A stretch of 60,455 bases of DNA, filler included. It is 5 parts of 5 records of this genome, joined end to end, with 100 filler letters (N's around TTAATTAATTAA, not from the genome) between each part and the next. Parts side by side here need not be neighbours in the genome. Positions count along the whole stretch, not along the records: positions 53,992 to 60,455 come from DRR378314_1893; 4 more parts are not named here. One strand, written 5' to 3'. Positions 54,529 through 60,455 of the stretch are shown here, in pieces. Numbering within the stretch: position 1 is the first letter of the stretch; every line of letters starts with the position of its first letter. The notes under the pieces were generated by a model. The model was not told the DNA's origin, did no database searches, and saw nothing but the letters and a program-made list of their open reading frames with translations. A program made the translations under genes and the position numbers.

Positions 54529-55785
54529 TCAGACCTTTCCGAACAGAACGCTGGCGTTGGTGCCACCGAACCCGAAGGAGTTGCTCAGCGCGACGTTAAT
54601 CTCGCGTTTCACAGCTTTATTTGCGGCCAGATCGATTTTGGTTTCAACCGCAGGGTTGTCCAGATTGATCGTGGGCGGTGCCACCTGATCACGGATCGCA
54701 AGGATCGAAAAAATCGCCTCAATCGCGCCTGCCGCCCCCAGCAAATGCCCAGTGGCAGATTTGGTCGAGGACATGGTCACTTTCGACGCATGCTCCCCCA
54801 TCATCCGCTCAACCGCACCCAATTCGATTGTATCGGCCATCGTTGAGGTGCCATGCGCGTTGATATAATCAATATCCTTGGGCTCTTTGCCCGCACCGCG
54901 CAGGGCCGCCCGCATGGAACGCTCACCACCCTCACCATCCTCGGAAGGTGCGGTGATGTGATAGGCATCCCCGGACAGACCATAGCCAATCACCTCAGCG
55001 TAAATCTTGGCACCACGTGCCTTGGCATGTTCATATTCTTCCAGCACCACAATGCCAGCACCCTCACCCATGACAAAGCCGTCACGGTCCGCGTCATAAG
55101 GACGTGATGCCTTCTGCGGCGCGTCCCCCCGTTTGGTGCTCAGCGCCTTACAGGCATTAAAACCGGCAATCCCGATTTCGCAAATCGCCGCTTCCGCACC
55201 GCCTGCAACCATCACATCCGCATCACCATGCTGGATCAACCGAGAGGCATCACCAATCGCATGGGCACCCGTGGAACAGGCGGTCACCACCGAATGGTTC
55301 GGCCCACGGAAACCGTATTTGATCGAGACCTGACCCGAGATCAGGTTGATCAAGGCACCCGGCACAAAGAACGGGCTGACGCGGCGCGGGCCCTTCTCTT
55401 TCATCATCACAGCCGTATTCGCGATGGAGTTCAGCCCGCCAATGCCAGAGCCGATCAAAACGCCGGTGCGCTCCAGATCTTCGCGATCCTCCGGCATCCA
55501 GCCGGAATCCTCAACCGCCTGCTGGGCAGCGGCCATACCGAACAGAATAAAGGTATCCACCTTGCGCTGTTCTTTCGGGGCCATGTATTTATCGGCGTTG
55601 AACGTCCCGTCGGTCCCATCGCCCAAAGGCACCTCGCAGGCGTATTGCGTCACCAATGCCGAGGCATCAAAACCGGTGATCGGCCCGCCGCCGGATTGCC
55701 CGTCCAGAAGACGGCTCCAGCTTTCTTCGACCCCATCGGCCAAAGGTGTCACCAGCCCCAACCCTGTTACAACTACTCTGCGCAT
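54529..55785 (-). CDS. fabF: 3-oxoacyl-ACP synthase II
   Basis: RRVVVTGLG, TACSTG, NAHGTST, GHLLGAAG, SNSFGFGGTN. Confidence 0.97.
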   Translation of the reverse strand: MRRVVVTGLGLVTPLADGVEESWSRLLDGQSGGGPITGFDASALVTQYACEVPLGDGTDGTFNADKYMAPKEQRKVDTFILFGMAAAQQAVEDSGWMPEDREDLERTGVLIGSGIGGLNSIANTAVMMKEKGPRRVSPFFVPGALINLISGQVSIKYGFRGPNHSVVTACSTGAHAIGDASRLIQHGDADVMVAGGAEAAICEIGIAGFNACKALSTKRGDAPQKASRPYDADRDGFVMGEGAGIVVLEEYEHAKARGAKIYAEVIGYGLSGDAYHITAPSEDGEGGERSMRAALRGAGKEPKDIDYINAHGTSTMADTIELGAVERMMGEHASKVTMSSTKSATGHLLGAAGAIEAIFSILAIRDQVAPPTINLDNPAVETKIDLAANKAVKREINVALSNSFGFGGTNASVLFGKV

Positions 55786-55867
55786 AAACCTGCCCCTTAA
55801 TTCGCTTTGTTCCGCCTATACCTTGCTGGCGGGCAAGTATTCAAGACTTCTGGTGCTTTCGCCCACC

Positions 55868-56401
55868 TCAAACCGGCGGCCCCTTGCGCGTCATCAGGCA
55901 CAGCTTGTCACCCTCCAGCTCGACCTCACGCAGCAAACCATAGCCAAGCGCCTCGGCAATTTTCAGCGAGGGTGTGTTGTCTGGTGTGATCATACAGACC
56001 GTGCGCCCCGCGATCACCCGATCAAACCAGTCATGTGCCGCCTGCACCGCGTCCAGCCCCAAACCTTTGCCCTGCATTTCCGGCGACATCACCCAACCGG
56101 CTTCGGGAAAAGGATCGAAATCCGCGCCAAGCCCCCGTGAGCCAAAGAAAAAACCGCACTGGCCCGCCATCTGTGAGGTGCCACGGGGCTGTACCGCCCA
56201 TTGCCCAAAGCCGCTGATCTGCCAATGGCCCGCGTTGCGCAGAAAGGCATCCCAGGACTCGGGCTTGCTGCGCGGCTTGCCGGTGATATGGGTGACAACT
56301 TCCGGCATCGCCCAGATCTCGGCAAAGCGGGCAAAATCCTCTGCGCGCATGGCACGCAGGGTCACACGGGACGTGTTGATGGTTGGTATGGTTCGTGACA
56401 T
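55868..56401 (-). CDS. RimJ/RimL-type GNAT acetyltransferase
   Basis: GHWQISGFGQW, PEAGW..QGKGLG, NTPSLKIAEALG. Confidence 0.9.
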   Translation of the reverse strand: MSRTIPTINTSRVTLRAMRAEDFARFAEIWAMPEVVTHITGKPRSKPESWDAFLRNAGHWQISGFGQWAVQPRGTSQMAGQCGFFFGSRGLGADFDPFPEAGWVMSPEMQGKGLGLDAVQAAHDWFDRVIAGRTVCMITPDNTPSLKIAEALGYGLLREVELEGDKLCLMTRKGPPV

Positions 56402-56493
56402 TGCTCAATCTGCCTTCACGCTTTTTTGTGGCGTTTAGCATACTGTGCGAAGAGCGCCAGCGATGAGCAACCCCCGTCAAACCGACCGAAAAT

Positions 56494-56530
56494 GAAAACG
56501 GCGTCATTCCGCTTGGAACAACGCCGTTTC
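56494..56530 (-). terminator. Rho-independent terminator after acpP
   Basis: AAACGGCGT/ACGCCGTTT stem with an inner TTCC/GGAA pair, followed by a T-rich tract on the minus strand. Confidence 0.7.
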
Positions 56531-56571
56531 ACATGATTTCTGCCGATGCCACCCGCGGCGGCAATCCGGTC

Positions 56572-56805
56572 TTAGGAAGCTTCGGAGATGAATTTCACCG
56601 CGTCGCCAAACGTCTGGATGTTCTCGGCCGCGTCATCAGGAATTTCGATGCCAAACTCTTCTTCAAACGCCATCACCAGCTCTACAGTATCAAGGCTGTC
56701 AGCGCCCAGATCGTCGATGAATGACGCATTCTCGACAACTTTGTCCTCTTCAACACCAAGGTGTTCTACAACGATCTTTTTAACGCGGTCTGCGACGTCG
56801 CTCAT
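56572..56805 (-). CDS. acpP: Acyl carrier protein
   Basis: [37 protein letters not shown]. Confidence 0.98.
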   Translation of the reverse strand: MSDVADRVKKIVVEHLGVEEDKVVENASFIDDLGADSLDTVELVMAFEEEFGIEIPDDAAENIQTFGDAVKFISEAS

Positions 56806-57008
56806 AATAAAGTCCTCATTCTTCCGGGCCAACCGGCCTATTTTATATCCGCACGCCCTGTCGGGCAGTTGGAGGATGCCCCCGGATCCCGGAGGCGGCT
56901 CTTACCCTTGTTTGCACAAGGCCGGGGCGACACAGCAGCCTCCCCGTTTTCGATTCTGCGCCCCCTTTAGCACATGGTACGCCATGCGCAAACGGTATCG
57001 GATGCGCT

Positions 57009-57746
57009 TTACAACATGGCCATGCCGCCATTGACATGCAAGGTAGCACCCGTGACATACCCCGCCTCCGCACTTGCCAGATAGACCACAGCACCGGCAA
57101 TTTCCGCCGGATCACCCATCCGTCCTGCCGGAATTTGCCCCATAATGCCAGCCTTTTGATCATCCGTCAGCTTGTCCGTCATCGCCGTTGCAATGAAACC
57201 CGGGGCCACTGCATTGACCGTAATGCCACGGCTTGCCACCTCATAGGCCAGTGATTTCGACATGCCGATCATACCCGCCTTGCTGGCCGCGTAATTCGCC
57301 TGTCCGGGGTTGCCCGTCGCCCCAACGATGCTGGAAATATTCACAATCCGCCCCCAACGCGCCTTCATCATACCGCGCATCACAGCTTTGCACAGTTTGA
57401 AGGTCGCTGTGAGGTTAACGTTGATCACCGCATCCCATTCCTCATCCGACATCCGCATGAACAGGTTGTCGCGGGTGATGCCGGCGTTATTGACCAGAAT
57501 ATCAACTGACCCCATCACCTCCGCCGCCTGCTTGGGCAGCGCCGTGACCGCCTCCATATCGCTCAGGTTGCAAGGCAGCACATGCGCCCGCTCACCCAGC
57601 TCTGCAGCCAGCGTTTCCAGCGGCTCTACCCGCGTGCCCGACAGGCCCACAACCGCGCCCTGCGCATGCAACTGGCGCGCAATCTCCGCCCCAATGCCAC
57701 CGGATGCGCCGGTTACCAGCGCATTTTTCCCTGTCAGATCAAACAT
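57009..57746 (-). CDS. fabG: 3-oxoacyl-ACP reductase
   Basis: TGASGGIG, NNAGITRD, GNPGQANYAASKAG, LHVNGGMAM. Confidence 0.97.
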   Translation of the reverse strand: MFDLTGKNALVTGASGGIGAEIARQLHAQGAVVGLSGTRVEPLETLAAELGERAHVLPCNLSDMEAVTALPKQAAEVMGSVDILVNNAGITRDNLFMRMSDEEWDAVINVNLTATFKLCKAVMRGMMKARWGRIVNISSIVGATGNPGQANYAASKAGMIGMSKSLAYEVASRGITVNAVAPGFIATAMTDKLTDDQKAGIMGQIPAGRMGDPAEIAGAVVYLASAEAGYVTGATLHVNGGMAML

Positions 57747-57762
57747 ATCCGTTCCTTTACTT

Positions 57763-58326
57763 TCATTCCGTCACCAGCCCGAAACCTTTAATCTCGGCCT
57801 GCGTTAATACATGTATCCCGTCCGACGGGGCTGCCTGCAAGGTAAACCAGTAAAATGCATCGCTGCCCAGCATGTCGCGGGTATAGGCCACATTGCCCCG
57901 ATGTTCGCTCGCATCGCGTGGATAGCTGCTGCCCTCGCCAAAGCCGTCTGCCCAGGAATGCACCCCCATGATCGCCCCGCGTTCCATGCTGCGCCGATTG
58001 CCCGCCAGAAACAGGTTCACCGCCCCTGAATAAATCTCGCTGTCAGCTGTCAAATGTGTGTCCAGCCCGCGCGCGCGAATGGCATCCCCCATCCGGTAAA
58101 CCGCCATTTCATCCACGGACCCGGGCATATCAAAAGGCACAATAACCTGTACCCGTGGATTGGCATCCAATACCGCAATGAAATTCGCCGGCGTGCGGCT
58201 GGTAATTTCCCCGCTCAACACCAGCCGGCTCCCATCCAGCTGCATCGTGGTGCGGTCCACCGCATTGTCAGCAACCGCACAGCCCAACACCGCTAGGGTC
58301 AGCCCAAGGACAGCCCCCAGCCGCAT
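57763..58326 (-). CDS. Exported or lipoprotein hypothetical protein, ClpP/crotonase-like fold suspected
   Basis: ATG overlaps the fabD stop; signal peptide with LGC; MPGSVD, IYSGAVNLFLAG..R, GVHSW. Confidence 0.7.
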   Translation of the reverse strand: MRLGAVLGLTLAVLGCAVADNAVDRTTMQLDGSRLVLSGEITSRTPANFIAVLDANPRVQVIVPFDMPGSVDEMAVYRMGDAIRARGLDTHLTADSEIYSGAVNLFLAGNRRSMERGAIMGVHSWADGFGEGSSYPRDASEHRGNVAYTRDMLGSDAFYWFTLQAAPSDGIHVLTQAEIKGFGLVTE

Positions 58327-59258
58327 CACGCGTCTTTCAAGGCCACCACATCTTCTGGCGTACCGATCGCGCGCATGGTGCTTTCCTTGGCAATGCGGCG
58401 GATCATGCCCGACAGGGCCTTGCCTGCACCGATTTCCCAGAACTCGGTCACGCCCTGCGCGGCCATCCACTCGACAGAAGAGCGCCAGCGCACCCGCCCT
58501 GTGACCTGTTCCACCAGCAGGGCCTTGATCCGCGTCGCATCTGATTCCGCATCCGCCAGAACATTCGCCACCAATGGCACCGCAGGGTTGTCAAACTGCA
58601 CCCCCTCCAGCGCTTTCGCCATTTCATCCGCTGCCGGCTGCATCAGCGCACAATGGAACGGTGCGGAGACCGGCAAGGGCAGCGCCCGCTTTGCACCGGC
58701 CTCTTTCGCCAGCACAACTGCACGTTCAATCGCCGCCTTACTGCCGGACAGTACATTTTGCGTTGGGTCGTTTTCATTGGCCAATTGACAGACATCGCCC
58801 TGTGCGGCGTCCTCGGCCACTTTAGCGGCTGTTTCTGCGTCCAGCCCCAAAACCGCCGCCATCGCGCCCTGCCCGACCGGCACCGCCGCCTGCATCGCCC
58901 GTCCACGGATGCGCAACAGACGCGCCGTATCCGCAAGCGATACCGCCCCCGCCGCGCATAGCGCAGAATATTCCCCCAGTGAATGCCCCGCGACAAAGCT
59001 GGCGCGGTCCAGACCGATGCCTTCGGCCTGCATCGCCGCCAGCGCCGCCATGGATGTCGCCATCAGGGCCGGCTGTGCGTTTTCGGTCAGGGTCAGTATC
59101 TCGATTTCGCCAGTCCAGATCAGCTCGGATAGTTTTTCCCCCAGCGCCTCGTCAACCTCGTCAAATACCGCGCGGGCTGCCGGATAGGTCTCGGCCAAAG
59201 CCTGCCCCATGCCGATGGTTTGGGCCCCTTGACCCGGAAAAACAAATGCGATGCTCAT
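58326..59258 (-). CDS. fabD: Malonyl-CoA:ACP transacylase
   Basis: FVFPGQGAQ, TENAQPAL, GHSLGEY, VSAPFHC. Confidence 0.97.
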   Translation of the reverse strand: MSIAFVFPGQGAQTIGMGQALAETYPAARAVFDEVDEALGEKLSELIWTGEIEILTLTENAQPALMATSMAALAAMQAEGIGLDRASFVAGHSLGEYSALCAAGAVSLADTARLLRIRGRAMQAAVPVGQGAMAAVLGLDAETAAKVAEDAAQGDVCQLANENDPTQNVLSGSKAAIERAVVLAKEAGAKRALPLPVSAPFHCALMQPAADEMAKALEGVQFDNPAVPLVANVLADAESDATRIKALLVEQVTGRVRWRSSVEWMAAQGVTEFWEIGAGKALSGMIRRIAKESTMRAIGTPEDVVALKDA

Positions 59259-59399
59259 GAATGGCCCTTTCACTGATTTGACACTTGGTCTAGCCCGCCG
59301 TGATTATGGGAACAAGAGCGCAGAACACATGTGCAGAAAACTGAGATTGCCCTTACCCGTGCCAGCAATAACTATAGCCAGACATCGCAGGAGTAACTG

Positions 59400-60455
59400 A
59401 TGGCCTTTACCAATACTGAAATCCGCTATGGCGGCGTGACCAAGGGCTTTCATTGGTTGACCGCCCTGCTGATCCTCACTCTGATCCCGCTGGGGCTGAT
59501 CGCCAACTGGCTGCCCTATGAAACCGATGCCCAATTGGCGCAAAAAGCATGGCTGTTCTCGCTGCATAAAACCCTTGGCGTAACCGCCTTTTTCGTCGCG
59601 GTGTTGCGCATCCTCTGGGCCATATCCCAACCAAAACCGGGCCTGTTAAATGCGGATAAACCCGCCGAAAGCTTCGCCGCAGAGCTGGTCCACTGGCTGC
59701 TTTACGCTGCCCTTGTGATTGTGCCCCTGTCGGGCTGGATTTCCCATGCTGCGGCTGCGGGTTTCGCGCCGATCTGGTGGCCTTTCGGGCAGGATCTGCC
59801 GCTGGTGCCCAAATCCACCAATATCGAACATATCTTCGGATCACTGCACTGGGTCGCCACCAAACTGCTTGCCCTGTCAGTGTTCCTGCACATTGCAGGG
59901 GCGCTGAAGCACCATGTCATTGATCGTGACGCCACATTGCGCCGCATGCTGCCGGGTGAGCCGGTCATCGGCCCCCTGCCCGCGCAGACCCACAGTAAAA
60001 CGCCGATGCTGGCTGCCAGCGCGATCTGGGCAGTCGTCATCGCCATTGGCACAATCATGGGAACATCTAGTGACACCGCGGAAAAAGCAGAGGTTGCCCT
60101 TGCAGATGTCGCCTCCGAATGGGCCGTTCAGGACGGTTCCATCGGCATTACCGTGGTGCAATTCGGCAATGAGGTCTCCGGCAGTTTCGCGGATTGGACC
60201 GCCGCGATCCGTTTTGATGAAGCAATTCCCAGCGGCGAAGTTGGTCAGGTCACCACCACAATTGCCATCCCCTCACTGACCCTCGGGTCTGTGACCCAAC
60301 AGGCGATGGGTGCTGACTTCTTTGACGCGGCCACCTACGCCACGGCGGTCTTTGACGCAGTGATCCGCCATGGGGTCGACGGGTTTGAGGCGGCCGGCAC
60401 GCTGACCATCAAGGACCGCAGCGTCCCGATGGTGATGCCGTTTAATCTGGCCCTG
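59400..60455 (+). CDS. Cytochrome b561 / YceI fusion protein, running off the window end (absent from the ORF track)
   Basis: AGGAG RBS and ATG at 59400: RYGGVTKGFHWLTALL..LHKTLG..VHWLLY..LHIAGALKHHVIDRDATLRRML, then YceI-like SGSFADWTAAIRFD..GTLTIKD. Confidence 0.92.
   Translation, partial: MAFTNTEIRYGGVTKGFHWLTALLILTLIPLGLIANWLPYETDAQLAQKAWLFSLHKTLGVTAFFVAVLRILWAISQPKPGLLNADKPAESFAAELVHWLLYAALVIVPLSGWISHAAAAGFAPIWWPFGQDLPLVPKSTNIEHIFGSLHWVATKLLALSVFLHIAGALKHHVIDRDATLRRMLPGEPVIGPLPAQTHSKTPMLAASAIWAVVIAIGTIMGTSSDTAEKAEVALADVASEWAVQDGSIGITVVQFGNEVSGSFADWTAAIRFDEAIPSGEVGQVTTTIAIPSLTLGSVTQQAMGADFFDAATYATAVFDAVIRHGVDGFEAAGTLTIKDRSVPMVMPFNLAL

Overview
The window is not one continuous locus. It is five contigs joined by identical artificial 100-bp linkers (44 N + TTAATTAATTAA + 44 N) at 16893-16992, 31287-31386, 44357-44456 and 53892-53991. 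Contigs 1 (1-16892) and 3 (31387-44356) are eukaryotic, probably a GC-rich protist, with GT-AG introns. They carry a syntaxin-7/Pep12-like SNARE, an ependymin-like membrane protein, a divergent Sec24, a prokaryote-type Kv channel, NCKAP1/Nap1 and RNI-like LRR coding blocks. Contigs 2, 4 and 5 are alphaproteobacterial (Roseobacter-like). Contigs 4 and 5 hold mostly housekeeping genes (upp-deoB-deoA; mltG-fabF-acpP-fabG-fabD). Contig 2 (16993-31286) is an accessory region of short unrelated gene modules. The strongest unexplained signal is in its intergenic DNA: four co-oriented copies of a ~125-bp element with six conserved boxes at near-identical spacing, a second ~87-bp direct repeat, and many shared core motifs. 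Together these punctuate the modules like a non-attC gene-cassette array; no recombinase is visible in the window.
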